A DNA stretch of 64,000 bases. Origin: an uncultured Verrucomicrobiae bacterium (lineage in GTDB: Bacteria; Verrucomicrobiota; Verrucomicrobiia; Chthoniobacterales; Chthoniobacteraceae). The notes below the pieces were generated by a model. It worked only from the letters and a program-made list of their open reading frames with translations. It did not search any database and was not told the DNA's origin. The position numbers were made by a program, and so were the translations under genes. Below are positions 10,601-20,776 of the stretch, one piece after another (position 1 is the first letter of the stretch; each line of letters begins with the position of its first letter). The stretch is from positions 288,001-352,000 of the forward strand of contig CAVYKI010000010.1 in assembly GCA_963769025.1 (NCBI GenBank). The letters are read 5' to 3'.

Positions 10601-11186
10601 CAGGGCCCGCCGCCAGCGCTCGCGCGAGGACTGGGTCTGCCACATCTTTGAGAGCGGCAGTCCGCTCTACGCCCACGTCGTCGGCACGCTCACGAAGGTC
10701 GAATTGGAAGTCGCGGACACGCCCGACCGCGTGGACCACGTGTGGATGACACTGGATGTCCCGCCCTGCGGGGCCGTCCTGCTCTCGGTGAACACGGTCT
10801 CGCGCCTGAACCGCAAGGCGGGCTTCGATCCGAGCGTCCGCGTGGCGGTCGTGAAGACGAGCTACGCGGGGATGCCGGAGCCGTTCATCGAGGAAGCCAT
10901 GGGCCTGGACTACACGACCATCGAGGCGCAGTTCCACCCACGCTGGAAATCCTACGAGCACGACCCGCTCGCCGAATTGCTCATGGAGCGGGCAAGCGCC
11001 GCGCTGCGCATCGAGGCCTGGGGCGAAACCTACCGGGATCCACACCTCGGCCTCCACCAAATCCACAGCCGTCGCGCAAGCCGCGCCGTGAAGACAGACC
11101 TCATCGGCCACGACGGTGCACTGCGATTCTACCTGCCCGACGGCCGCGCCGAGATGTTCCTATTCAAATACTGCGGCCAGCCGTAG
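10590..11186 (+). CDS. Hypothetical protein, possible distant YukJ/DUF2278 relative
   Basis: 198-aa ORF overlapping the upstream stop; motifs [23 protein letters not shown]. Confidence 0.55.
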   Translation: MPNSRARRQRSREDWVCHIFESGSPLYAHVVGTLTKVELEVADTPDRVDHVWMTLDVPPCGAVLLSVNTVSRLNRKAGFDPSVRVAVVKTSYAGMPEPFIEEAMGLDYTTIEAQFHPRWKSYEHDPLAELLMERASAALRIEAWGETYRDPHLGLHQIHSRRASRAVKTDLIGHDGALRFYLPDGRAEMFLFKYCGQP

Positions 11187-11201
11187 TCGCTATTTGAAAA
11201 T

Positions 11202-11650
11202 AGCCCATCGCTTCAGCGCTGGGATTTGGTCCAAAGAATCGCGAAAAGTCCCGTCAGGGACGGCAGTTCTTGATCTTCTTGCGCGGTAGCCTCGCATGCA
11301 CTTTATCTGAGTAGTAGTAGCACAGCCGCCACGGCGGCAGGTCATGCGGCAAGAGCCGCCACGCGCACCCGCTGCGCACCACGTAGAAGATGGCATTGAG
11401 CACCAGCCTCCGGTCGTGGCGCGGTGGCCGCCCAAGCTTCGCCGGCACGTTCATCAGCGGGCGCAACAGCTCCCATTCCACTTCATTGAGGTCACTCGGA
11501 TACGGTTCTTGGTTCGGCATCCCAAGCTTTCCACCCCATTCCTCCAATTCGTACAAGTACTAAAATGACCATAGTGCAGACTTTTTGCACAGTCTCTGAC
11601 GGGACTTTTTCATTTCTCCACGCGGAAACCCAGTGCTGAAGCACTGGGCT
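11202..11650. repeat. REP-like inverted doublet interrupted by IS remnants
   Basis: 11202-11223 vs reverse complement of 11629-11650 match 19/22; 11244-11261 vs reverse complement of 11592-11609 match 17/18; each arm is itself hairpin-forming. Confidence 0.75.
11254..11520 (-). pseudogene. IS5-family transposase N-terminal fragment (DUF4096-type)
   Basis: YPSDLNEVEW..L.P, GRPP, LNAIFYVVRSGCAWRLLPHDLPPW..CYYY; similarity stops at about 11310 and no DDE domain follows. Confidence 0.85.
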
Positions 11651-11684
11651 GTTATCGGACGATTCAAACGCTCCCACGCGGAAG

Positions 11685-13442
11685 CTAGCCGATATTCCCC
11701 TTCTTCATCTCCTCCATCAGGTAGTCGCACGCGCGCCATGCGAGCGCGAGGATGGTGAGCGTGGGATTCTTGTAGGGGTTTGAGACAAATGGCCCGCCGT
11801 CGGTGACGAAGACATTCGGGCATTCCCACGTCTGGCACTGCGAATTCGTCACGCCCTCCTTCGCGGTCGCGGACATGCGCGTGGTGCCGATTTCGTGGTT
11901 CACCGAGCCACCGGTGGTAATGGCCTTCGCTCCATCCGTCTCCAGCTTTTCGTTCACCTTGCCGCCCATGCCCTCGATGATTTGCGCGAAGGTCTTCTGC
12001 ATGTGCAGCGCCTGCTTCAGTTCGTGATCGCTCCACTCGAAATGGAAACGCAGCACGGGGATTCCCCAGCGATCCTTTTTTTCCGGGTCGAGTTCGCAGA
12101 AGCTTTTCTCATTCGGGATCATCTCGCCGCGCGCGTGGAAGCTCACGATGGAGCCGTAGTAGCGCCGGGCCTCCTCCTTCATCGCGCGACCGTAAACCGT
12201 CTTCGACGGGATCTGCACGCTCGCGCCGGGCATCGTGCGGCTGCTGCTCCAGCCCATGTAGTAGCCGCGCGCAAAGCCGAGCTTGCCCGCGAGCTGATCC
12301 GCATACGGCCACCACGGCGCGTAGAGGTGAAAGGCGGACGTGCCGTCGTCATTGTGCGGCGGGCAGTTTTCGAGCGCGGGGATCTGCCCGCTCAGCGCGC
12401 CGCCCGTGCTGTCCGTGAGCCATTTCCCGAGATGTCCGCTGCCGGCGCCGATTCCATTCGGGAAATTCGCCGACTTGCTGTTCATCAGGATGCGCGTGCT
12501 CTCCAGCGCGCTCGCGGCGAGGATGACAATGCGCGCCTTCACGTGCTCCTCCTTGCCAGTCGTGCGGTCGATGAAATGCACACCGGTCGCCTTGCCGGAT
12601 TTGTCCACGGTGACCTCGCGCGCCAGCGCGTCGGTGATCACGTCGAGGTTGCCCGTCTCGATGGCCGGCGGGATGAGCACGGTCGTGCTCTGGAAGTTCG
12701 CCTTGATCGAGCAGCCGCGTCCGCATGGCGTCGCGTAAAAGCACGCCGCGCGATTGTTCAGCGGCTTCGTGAGAATCGCGAGGCGCGACGGCACGACGGG
12801 GATGCCGAGCTTTGTCGCGGACTTCTTGATCAGCAGCTCGTAGCCGCGCGGCTTCGGCGCGGGCTGAAAGAAATCGCTGTCCGGCGCGTTCTCGATGCCC
12901 GCCTTTTCGCCGAAGACGCCGATGAGCTGCTCGACCTTGTCGTAATACGGCGCGACATCCTCGTAGCCGATCGGCCAGTCGAAGCCGAGCCCGTCGCGCG
13001 ACTTCGGCTTGAAGTCATACGGCCCCATGCGCAGCGACACGCGGCCCCAGTGGTTCGTGCGCCCGCCGAGCGCGCGCGACCGCCACCACATGAAGTTCTG
13101 CGTCGGCTTCATGCGGTTGCCATGCGTGGCCTCGACCCACGAGCCGTTGGCGAGCGATTTCACCATGTACGGCTCGTCCTTCACGACCCAGCCGCCGTTC
13201 ACCGTCGCGTCGAAAAACCCGTTCGGCTTGTCCACCGTGCCCGCGCCTCGCAACGGCGCGTCCGCGTTCGTCTGGAACATCGGAGTCTCCATGATCGCGT
13301 CGTAGTTCCGACCGGCCTCGAGCATGAGCACCTTCATCCCCGCCTTCGCGAGGACGTATGCCGACATGCCGCCGGCCGCGCCGGAACCAACGACGATGGC
13401 GTCATACTTCGGCGCCGTCTTGCTTGCTGGGATGAATGCCAT
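11685..13442 (-). CDS. GMC family FAD oxidoreductase
   Basis: IVVGSGAAGG, LGGRTNHWGR, C.YATPCGRGC, HEIGTTRM, KNPTLTILALAWR. Confidence 0.93.
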   Translation of the reverse strand: MAFIPASKTAPKYDAIVVGSGAAGGMSAYVLAKAGMKVLMLEAGRNYDAIMETPMFQTNADAPLRGAGTVDKPNGFFDATVNGGWVVKDEPYMVKSLANGSWVEATHGNRMKPTQNFMWWRSRALGGRTNHWGRVSLRMGPYDFKPKSRDGLGFDWPIGYEDVAPYYDKVEQLIGVFGEKAGIENAPDSDFFQPAPKPRGYELLIKKSATKLGIPVVPSRLAILTKPLNNRAACFYATPCGRGCSIKANFQSTTVLIPPAIETGNLDVITDALAREVTVDKSGKATGVHFIDRTTGKEEHVKARIVILAASALESTRILMNSKSANFPNGIGAGSGHLGKWLTDSTGGALSGQIPALENCPPHNDDGTSAFHLYAPWWPYADQLAGKLGFARGYYMGWSSSRTMPGASVQIPSKTVYGRAMKEEARRYYGSIVSFHARGEMIPNEKSFCELDPEKKDRWGIPVLRFHFEWSDHELKQALHMQKTFAQIIEGMGGKVNEKLETDGAKAITTGGSVNHEIGTTRMSATAKEGVTNSQCQTWECPNVFVTDGGPFVSNPYKNPTLTILALAWRACDYLMEEMKKGNIG

Positions 13443-13481
13443 GGTGGGAGAAAGTTGAAGTTGAGCGCGAAGTCGTGTGCG

Positions 13482-14096
13482 TTACGCGAGCCCGAGGTGC
13501 TTGAGCACTTCCGGCGGCGGGCCGGGGAATTCGGCCATCGGCACGTTGCCGACGTAGCCGATGGCCTTCCAGCCCTCGGGCGTCGAGTAGTAGCCGCCGG
13601 CGGCGCGGTCGCGGAAGAGCTTGAAGAAATCGAAGCCCTTCTTGTGCGCGTCGGTGCCGGTTTTCACGATGTCGTCCACGAGCGCGGTCTGCTGCTCGGG
13701 CGTGGTGTCGGCGAAGACTTTGCCGGAGCGCTCCTTCGATTCACCGTCGAGCCACGCGAGGCCCTTTTGGATCACCGCGCGATCCTTTTCCTGCTGCTCG
13801 TAGGGCGCGCTCACCCATTCATCGATGAACTCTGTCACGCCGACCTTGCTCGCCGCCGGGCCGTGCTCGTCGGCGGGGATGAGGATGTCTGCAAACGCGG
13901 TGACGGCGCGCTTCTCCGTATCGTTCAGGATGAGCGGCCACGGGATTTCCTTTTTGAGCAAATTGGGATCGGTCCCGATGCCGCGCACGGGCGTGGCGGC
14001 GAAGGCGTTCAGTTCCATCGCAGTCAGCGCGACGGACACGCCGATGACGCGTTTGAGCGCCTCGCGGCGCGAAAGGGAGGAGGGTGCTGTGTTCAT
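13482..14096 (-). CDS. Gluconate 2-dehydrogenase subunit 3 family protein (Tat-exported partner of the GMC enzyme)
   Basis: SRREAL twin-arginine signal; ADILIPAD, FIDEW, GGYYSTPEGWKAIGYVGN. Confidence 0.88.
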   Translation of the reverse strand: MNTAPSSLSRREALKRVIGVSVALTAMELNAFAATPVRGIGTDPNLLKKEIPWPLILNDTEKRAVTAFADILIPADEHGPAASKVGVTEFIDEWVSAPYEQQEKDRAVIQKGLAWLDGESKERSGKVFADTTPEQQTALVDDIVKTGTDAHKKGFDFFKLFRDRAAGGYYSTPEGWKAIGYVGNVPMAEFPGPPPEVLKHLGLA

Positions 14097-14129
14097 GTCG
14101 TGATGAGGTTGGCGAATATCAGCGGTGTA

Positions 14130-14606
14130 TCAAAAAGGCCAATCCAGCCCGAGTCCGTCGCGCGACTTCGGCTCGAAATCATACGGCCCCATCCGCAGCG
14201 AAATGCGGCCCCAATGATTCGTCCGCCCGCCGAGCATCCGCGGACGCCACCACGTGAAATTCTGCGTCGTCCTTTTCGCATCCCAGTCCCTCGCCTCGTG
14301 CCAGCCCTGCTCCCCTTCGCGTTTCACCACGTAAGGCTCGCCCGGCACCGTCCAGCCGCCGTTCACCGTCGCGTCGAAAAATCCGAACGGCTTGTCCGGC
14401 GTCGCCGTCCCGCGCAGCGGCGCATCCGCATTCGTCTGGAACATCGGCGTCTCCATGATCGGGTCGTAGTTCCGCCCCGCCTCCAGCATGAGCACCTTCA
14501 CTCCGGCATTGCACAAGACGTAAGCCGACATCCCGCCCGCCGCGCCGCTGCCCACGATGATGACGTCGTAGCTCGGGAGCGTCTTGCGAGGCGTGATGAC
14601 GGGCAT
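14130..14606 (-). pseudogene. Truncated GMC oxidoreductase paralog (N-terminal about 158 aa only)
   Basis: Aligns with the 13442 gene (GSGAAGGMSAYVL, METPMFQTNADAPLRG, LGGRTNHWGR) and stops at DWPF, 34 nt before the next gene. Confidence 0.8.
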
Positions 14607-14710
14607 GGCGACGAGAAATGCACGACCTGTGGCGGCGATCAACATCCAACACTGGACCCACCCCAAGCCCGGCGCGTCTCCGCTCGCGCTTGGTCGCGAA
14701 TGCGGCAAGG

Positions 14711-15697
14711 ATGCGCGCCTTGATTACCGTCCTCCATCAACGCGGGCTGCATCTGCCGGGACACGACCTGTGGCTCGATCCGCAGCGTGCGCAGGCGCTC
14801 GCGTTTGTGTCGCACGCGCACGGCGATCACATCGCGCGGCATCGCGAGGTGCTGATGACGGCGGCGACCGCGCAATTCATGCGCGCGCGCATGTCCGGAA
14901 AACGCACGGAGCACGTCGTGGCGTTTCGCGAGGCGCGCAAATTTGCGGGCGGGCGCGCGACGCTGCTGCCCGCGGGGCACATCCTGGGATCAGCGCAGTT
15001 CTTTTTTGAAACGGACGCGGGTTCGCTGCTCTACACGGGCGACTTCAAGCTCACTCCGGGCCTCACCGCGGAACCGTGCGAATGGCGGCGGGCGGACACG
15101 CTGATCATGGAGACGACTTTCGGCCTGCCGCGCTACCGCATGCCGCCCCGCGCGGAAGTCGCGGCGCACATCGTTGCATTCTGCCGCGAGGCGCTCGACG
15201 CGGGCTCGGTGCCGGTGCTGCTCGGCTACTCGCTCGGCAAGGCGCAGGAGATCATCCGCATCGTGCTCGATGCGGGCCTCACGCCGATGCTGCACGAGTC
15301 CGTGTGGGAGATGACGGCGATCCATCGCGGCCTGTGCGCCGATTTTCCCGACGGGAGCATGCGCTTCCGCGCTTCGTCGGCGAAAGGACACGTGGTCGTG
15401 TTTCCTCCCAATGCCGCGACCGCACCGCTGGAAAGAATCGGCCCGCGGCGCACGGCGATCCTCACCGGCTGGGCGCTCGACCCCGGCGCAAAATACCGCT
15501 CACGCTGCGACGAGGCGTTCCCTCTGAGCGACCACGCGGACTACGACGAGCTGCTCCGCTACGTGGAACTCGTGCAGCCGAAACGCGTCCTGACCGTGCA
15601 TGGCTTCGCCTCGGAATTCGCGGCGGACCTGCGCCGCCGCGGGATCGAGGCGTGGGCGCTCGCGCAGGAGAACCAGCTCGAACTCAAGCTCGGCTGA
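14711..15697 (+). CDS. MBL-fold/beta-CASP nuclease (DNA-ligase-associated exonuclease-like)
   Basis: SHAHGDH, AGHILGSA, YTGDFK, METTFG, GYSLGKAQE, LSDHADY, HGF. Confidence 0.88.
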   Translation: MRALITVLHQRGLHLPGHDLWLDPQRAQALAFVSHAHGDHIARHREVLMTAATAQFMRARMSGKRTEHVVAFREARKFAGGRATLLPAGHILGSAQFFFETDAGSLLYTGDFKLTPGLTAEPCEWRRADTLIMETTFGLPRYRMPPRAEVAAHIVAFCREALDAGSVPVLLGYSLGKAQEIIRIVLDAGLTPMLHESVWEMTAIHRGLCADFPDGSMRFRASSAKGHVVVFPPNAATAPLERIGPRRTAILTGWALDPGAKYRSRCDEAFPLSDHADYDELLRYVELVQPKRVLTVHGFASEFAADLRRRGIEAWALAQENQLELKLG

Positions 15698-15866
15698 AAT
15701 CGAGGGCGACGGTTCAATGGCGTTTCCACCGCTCCTTCCTCGACGCGTGACAGCCGCCAAATTCTCCCGGCCCGAGGATGACCCTTTTCAAGCCAGCCAG
15801 TAATCTGACAGAAGACACGCGTCCGTTCGCATTCCAGCGTCACGGACTGATCACCCCATCCTCCCC

Positions 15867-17297
15867 ATGACACACCCCATCTTTCGCATCGTGCTGCTGG
15901 CCGTCCTCTGCGCGATGGCCGACCGCGCGTCTGCCGCGCAGAAGCCGAACCTCATCTGGATCATGGCCGACGATCTCGGCTATGCCGATCTCGGTTGCTA
16001 CGGTCAGAAGGTGATCCAGACACCGCACCTCGATCGCATGGCGCGGGAAGGAATGCGATTCACGCACTTCTATGCAGGGGCCACGGTCTGCGCGCCGTCG
16101 CGCAGCGTGCTCATGACCGGGCAGCACCACGGCCACACGCGGGTGCGCGGCAATGCAGGGCCGACGAACCCGGTTGCGCAGGCGTTGCGCGAAGGCGACA
16201 TCACCGTTGCGCGAATGCTGAAGGACGCCGGCTACAGGACCGCGCTCATCGGAAAATGGGGCCTCGGCGATGTCGGCGCGGCGGAAAGCGGACTGCCGAA
16301 GAAGCAGGGCTTCGACCGCTTCTTCGGCTACCTGAACCAGGTGCACGCGCACAACCACTTCCCCGACTACCTGTGGGACGGCGACAGCCGGCGCGCGCTG
16401 CCGAACGTCGTCACCCCGGTGGGCGAGGCCGGTGGCGGCTACGCGACCGAGGCGCGGGTCTTCGCCGATGATCTCTTCGCGAACGAGGCGGTGAAATTCG
16501 TGACCGAGAACAAGGACCGTCCGTTTTTCCTCTACTGGAGCATGGTCGTGCCGCATGCGAACAACGAGCGCACCCGCGTGCTCAAGGACGGCGCGCACGT
16601 ACCCGACTACGGTCCCTACGCCGATCGTGACTGGCCGAATCCCGACAAGGGCCAGGCCGCGATGATCACGCGGCTCGACGGCTACGTGGGGCGGATGCTC
16701 GCGGAATTGCAGCGGCTCGGCATCGCGGAAAATACGCTCGTCGTTTTCACCAGCGACAACGGGCCGCACAACGAAAGCAACCACGACCTGAAACGCTTTG
16801 AGCCCTCCGGCCCGCTCACGGGCATCAAGCGCAGCCTCACGGATGGCGGCATCCGCGTGCCCTTCATCGCGTGGTGGCCCGGGAAAGTGAAGGCCGGCGC
16901 GGAATCGGCGCATGCGGCCTACTTCGGCGACTGGATGGCCACCGCAGCCGCGCTCTCCGGCGCGACGCCTCCGGCGAACATCGACTCCATCAGCTTCGCG
17001 CCCACGCTCCTCGGAGATGCGGCTGCGCAGAAAAAGCACGAGTTCCTCTACTGGGAGTTTCACGAGGGCGGCTTCAAGCAGGCCGCGCTTTACGACGAAC
17101 GCTGGAAGGGAATCCGCACCGGAGGACCCGATGCCCCGGTCGCGCTTTACGACCAGCAGAATGATATCGCGGAGAAAACCAACGTCGCCGCGCAGCATCC
17201 GGAGATCGCGGAAAAGATCGGCGCGTATCTCAAGACCGCGCGCACGCCTTCCCCCGATTGGGAACCGCGGTGGCAGAGCACGGGGAAAAAGAAGTGA
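15867..17297 (+). CDS. Arylsulfatase (formylglycine-dependent)
   Basis: PNLIWIMADDLGY, CAPSR..LMTG, GKWGLG, SDNG, GGIRVP. Confidence 0.93.
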   Translation: MTHPIFRIVLLAVLCAMADRASAAQKPNLIWIMADDLGYADLGCYGQKVIQTPHLDRMAREGMRFTHFYAGATVCAPSRSVLMTGQHHGHTRVRGNAGPTNPVAQALREGDITVARMLKDAGYRTALIGKWGLGDVGAAESGLPKKQGFDRFFGYLNQVHAHNHFPDYLWDGDSRRALPNVVTPVGEAGGGYATEARVFADDLFANEAVKFVTENKDRPFFLYWSMVVPHANNERTRVLKDGAHVPDYGPYADRDWPNPDKGQAAMITRLDGYVGRMLAELQRLGIAENTLVVFTSDNGPHNESNHDLKRFEPSGPLTGIKRSLTDGGIRVPFIAWWPGKVKAGAESAHAAYFGDWMATAAALSGATPPANIDSISFAPTLLGDAAAQKKHEFLYWEFHEGGFKQAALYDERWKGIRTGGPDAPVALYDQQNDIAEKTNVAAQHPEIAEKIGAYLKTARTPSPDWEPRWQSTGKKK

Positions 17298-17303
17298 GCC
17301 AGA

Positions 17304-17906
17304 TCAGGCCCGGCTGACCCGCGCGGCCCGCGAGCGCGGACGGCCGGCAAAGACCCTTGCGCGTTCACCGGCGCCGAGTTCGCGCCAGTGGCCGGGCGCG
17401 AGGCCGTTCAGTTCGAGTTCGCCGATCTGCACGCGGATGAGCCGCAGGGTCGGGTGGCCGATGGCGGCGGTCATCCGGCGGACCTGGTGGTTTTTTCCCT
17501 CGATGAGCGAGAGGGCGATCCAGCAGTCGGGGACATTTTTCCGGACGCGGATCGGAGGATCGCGCGGAATCACAAATGGCTGCGGATTGAGCATCCACGC
17601 GCGGCATGGCAGCGTGCGGTGGCCGCCGATGACGATGCCGCGTTGCATCTCATCGAGCGATTCGCGCGTCGGCACACGCTCGACCTGCGCCCAATACGTG
17701 CGGCTGTGCCCGTTCTCGGGCGCGAGGAGTTTCTTGTTCAGGAATGGCTCGTCGCTGAGCAGCAGCAGGCCCTCGCTCTCCGCGTCGAGACGGCCGAGCG
17801 GATATGCGTGCTTCGGAAAATGGAACTCCGCGAGCGTCCGGTGCTTCGAGCCGTCGTCCGTGAACTGGCTGAGCACTCCGAATGGTTTGTTGAATGCGAT
17901 GAGCAT
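17304..17906 (-). CDS. RsuA/RluE-family pseudouridine synthase
   Basis: FNKPFGVLSQF, GRLDAESEGLLLL, EGKNHQVRRMTAAIGHPTLRL; no S4 domain. Confidence 0.9.
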   Translation of the reverse strand: MLIAFNKPFGVLSQFTDDGSKHRTLAEFHFPKHAYPLGRLDAESEGLLLLSDEPFLNKKLLAPENGHSRTYWAQVERVPTRESLDEMQRGIVIGGHRTLPCRAWMLNPQPFVIPRDPPIRVRKNVPDCWIALSLIEGKNHQVRRMTAAIGHPTLRLIRVQIGELELNGLAPGHWRELGAGERARVFAGRPRSRAARVSRA

Positions 17907-17932
17907 GGATCAGCGAGGATGATTCATCGGGA

Positions 17933-18101
17933 ATCCGCAGATGTCGCAGATTTTCGCAGGTGGGAAAAATAAAACTCCGGTTGCGATTTTTCCATTCATC
18001 GGACGACCGATAGCACGGGATCCGTCAGCACTTCGCGCACGTCGTGCCTACGCAGCTTTTTCCTGCCTCTTCATCTGCGCCAATCTGCGAAATCTGCGGA
18101 T
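17933..18101. repeat. Intergenic inverted repeat built of CGCAGAT units (REP/MITE-like)
   Basis: 17933-17962 vs reverse complement of 18072-18101 match 26/30; each arm has three CGCAG(A/G)T units. Confidence 0.75.
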
Positions 18102-18114
18102 CGATCTGCATCGC

Positions 18115-18870
18115 TCACGTGTCAAATTTCGCGCGCTGCTCGAGTCGCTGTGTCCAGAGCGAAATCGGCAGCGTGATGATGAGGTAGCCGACTGCGAGCG
18201 GCAGGTAGCTCTCGAATGGCGTGTGGGTGGTGGAGGTCACGTTGCTCGCGGCGTTGGCGAGTTCCTCGATGGCGATGATCGACAGCAGCGACGAGTCTTT
18301 CACGAGCGACACGAACTGCCCCGCAAGCGACGGGAGAATCTGCCGGATGGCCTGCGGGAAGATGACGTGGCGGTATGTCTGCCGCGTCGTAAGGCCGATG
18401 GCGCGCGCAGTTTCGAGCTGCGACTTGCCGATGCCCTCGATGCCGGCGCGAATGATTTCGCTGATGTACGCACCGGTGAACGCGGCGAGGATCAGCGGGC
18501 CGACGACGTAGCGGTTGCTCACGGCGAGCGCGTTCGCGAAGACGTAGAAGTAGAGCCAAATCTGGATCAGCAGCGGTGCGCCGCGGGTGAGTTCGACATA
18601 AATGCGGGAGAAGTATTGCAGCGGCAGAAATGCCGCGCGGCGAGCGAGCGCGAACAACAGCCCGAGCACGCAGCTCAGTGGGAGCGCGATCGCCGAGATG
18701 CCGAGCGTGGCGAGCCAGCCATCGACGAAGAGCCGGCGATATTCCCACGCGGGTTTCCAATTCCAGTGATACGGAAGCGCCAGCAGCGCGGCGACCACGA
18801 TGCCGATGACAAGCGCCAGCGCCAGCGCGAAGCTGAGCACGCGCGTGGCTGGATGACTGTCGTTCGGCAT
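18115..18870 (-). CDS. Polar amino acid ABC transporter permease
   Basis: YVELTRGAPLLIQI, AYISEIIRAGI, Q.ETARAIG, IFPQAIR, LVKDSSL. Confidence 0.92.
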   Translation of the reverse strand: MPNDSHPATRVLSFALALALVIGIVVAALLALPYHWNWKPAWEYRRLFVDGWLATLGISAIALPLSCVLGLLFALARRAAFLPLQYFSRIYVELTRGAPLLIQIWLYFYVFANALAVSNRYVVGPLILAAFTGAYISEIIRAGIEGIGKSQLETARAIGLTTRQTYRHVIFPQAIRQILPSLAGQFVSLVKDSSLLSIIAIEELANAASNVTSTTHTPFESYLPLAVGYLIITLPISLWTQRLEQRAKFDT

Positions 18871-18967
18871 CGCGCGGAGCTAACCGAATGACGGATGTTT
18901 GGCGAGGGCGTGCGCCGTTTGATTTTCACGCTCGCCGCCGCGCCGCGCGAATCAACACAGTGTCGCG

Positions 18968-20692
18968 ATGCGCACGGTTGCACGAGTCTTTGCCTATCTG
19001 CGCCGCCATCCCGGAATGGCGGCGGGCACGATGCTGTGCGCGATTGTCTCGACGCTGATGGTGACGGTGTTTCCGAAGGTCACACAGCTCGTGGTGAACG
19101 ACATCCGTGACGGGCGCGGCGACCGGCTGTGGTGGCTCGTGGGCATCGGGGCGGCGGCATTTTTCGTGCGGGACGCATTCAATGCGCTGCGGATCATCCT
19201 GAACAACACCTTCGAGCAGCGCGTGATTTTCGACCTGCGCAGCGATCTCTACGGACACATCCAGCACCTGCCGTTGCGGTGGTTCGATGATCGCGCGACC
19301 GGCGACATCATGACCCGGCTGCTCGAGGATGTGACTGCGGTCGAGCGGATGCTCATCGACGGGATCGAGCAGGGCGCGGTCGCGGTGCTGCAAATCATCG
19401 TCGTGGGCGCGATGCTTTTCCAATATCACCCGAAGCTCGCGTGGCTCGCGCTGATCCCGATCCCGTTTCTCGCCGCGGGCGCGCTCGCGTACACGCTCAC
19501 CGCGCCGAAGCGCTACCGCGCGCAGCGCAAGGCGGCTTCCGCGATGAACGCGCTGCTGCACGACAACCTCGCGGGCATCCGGCAGATCAAGACGTTCGTG
19601 CGGGAGGAGGAGGAGCACGCGCGTTTCAACGACGTGAGCGGCAAGTCGCGCGACGCCTCGCTGCGCATCATGCACGTGTGGGCGCTCTACAGTCCGTCGA
19701 TGACGTTTCCTCGGCCGCGGTCGGCTCGGTGCTCGTGCTCGGATTCGGCGGGCAGGAGGTGATCGCCGGGCGGCTCGGCTTCGGGGAATTCACGGCGTTC
19801 CTGCTGCTCGTCGGATTTCTCTACGACCCGATCGGGAAGCTGCATTCGCTGAATCAGCTCGTGCAGTCGGGCCGCGCCGCGGGCGAACGCATCCTGGAAA
19901 TCCTCGACGAAAAGCCGGAGCCCGACGAGGCGGAGCATGCGCCTGCGGTCAGCGTGCGTGGCGACGTGGAATTCGAGGACGTGAGCTTTTCCTACACCGA
20001 GGATTTGCCGACGCTGCGGCACATTTCGCTCCGCGCGAGACGCGGCGAGACGGTGGCGCTGGTGGGGCCGACGGGCGCGGGCAAGAGCACTCTCGTGAAT
20101 CTCATCACGCGATTTTACGAGTACGACGACGGGGAGATCCGCATCGACGGCACGCCGCTGCCGGATCTGCCGCGCGCGCGTGCTGCGCAGCGCGGTGGGC
20201 ATGGTCACGCAGGAGAGTTTTCTTTTTAACGGCACGGTGCGGGACAACCTGCGGCTCGGGCGCACCGCTGCGACCGACGAGGAAATGTGGCAGGCGCTCA
20301 CGGATGCGAACGCCAGGGCGTTCGTCGAGCGCATGCCGGAAGGGCTGGGCACCATCGTCGGCGAGCGCGGCGTGAAGCTGAGCGTCGGCGAAAAGCAGCG
20401 CGTCTCCATCGCGCGCGCGCTGCTGAAGGATCCGCCGATCCTCGTGCTCGACGAGGCGACCTCCAGCGTGGACACGGAGACCGAACGGCTCATCCAGCAG
20501 GCACTCGACCGGCTGATGCAGCGGCGGACGTGCTTCGTCATCGCCCACCGGCTATCCACGGTGCGGCATGCACATCAAATCCTCGTGATGGAACGGGGCC
20601 GCATCGTGGAGCGCGGGACACACGACGATTTGCTTGCGATGGGCGGGGTCTATGCGCGCCTCTGCGCGAGCAGCTTTCTCGCGGCGAAGTAA
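18968..20692 (+). CDS. ABC exporter, fused TMD plus NBD (MsbA-like), frameshifts near 19710 and 20180
   Basis: TM region with DLRSDLY and TGDIMTR; Walker A GPTGAGKST; LSVGEKQR; Walker B LVLDEATS; IAHRLST; spread over three frames. Confidence 0.9.
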
Positions 20693-20776
20693 GGCTTCAT
20701 CCCGACCCGGGTCGGGATCCCGGGCGGCGGGGTTTGATACGCATTTGTAAAAAGTGGGCCATTCCCTCTTATTTTG

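Noticed and set aside
766..14723. Very long alternative-frame or antisense ORFs (766-3276, 2190-5036, 11895-14723 and similar)
   Set aside because: Shadow ORFs of high-GC codon usage overlapping well-supported genes; Arg/Ala-rich with no motifs
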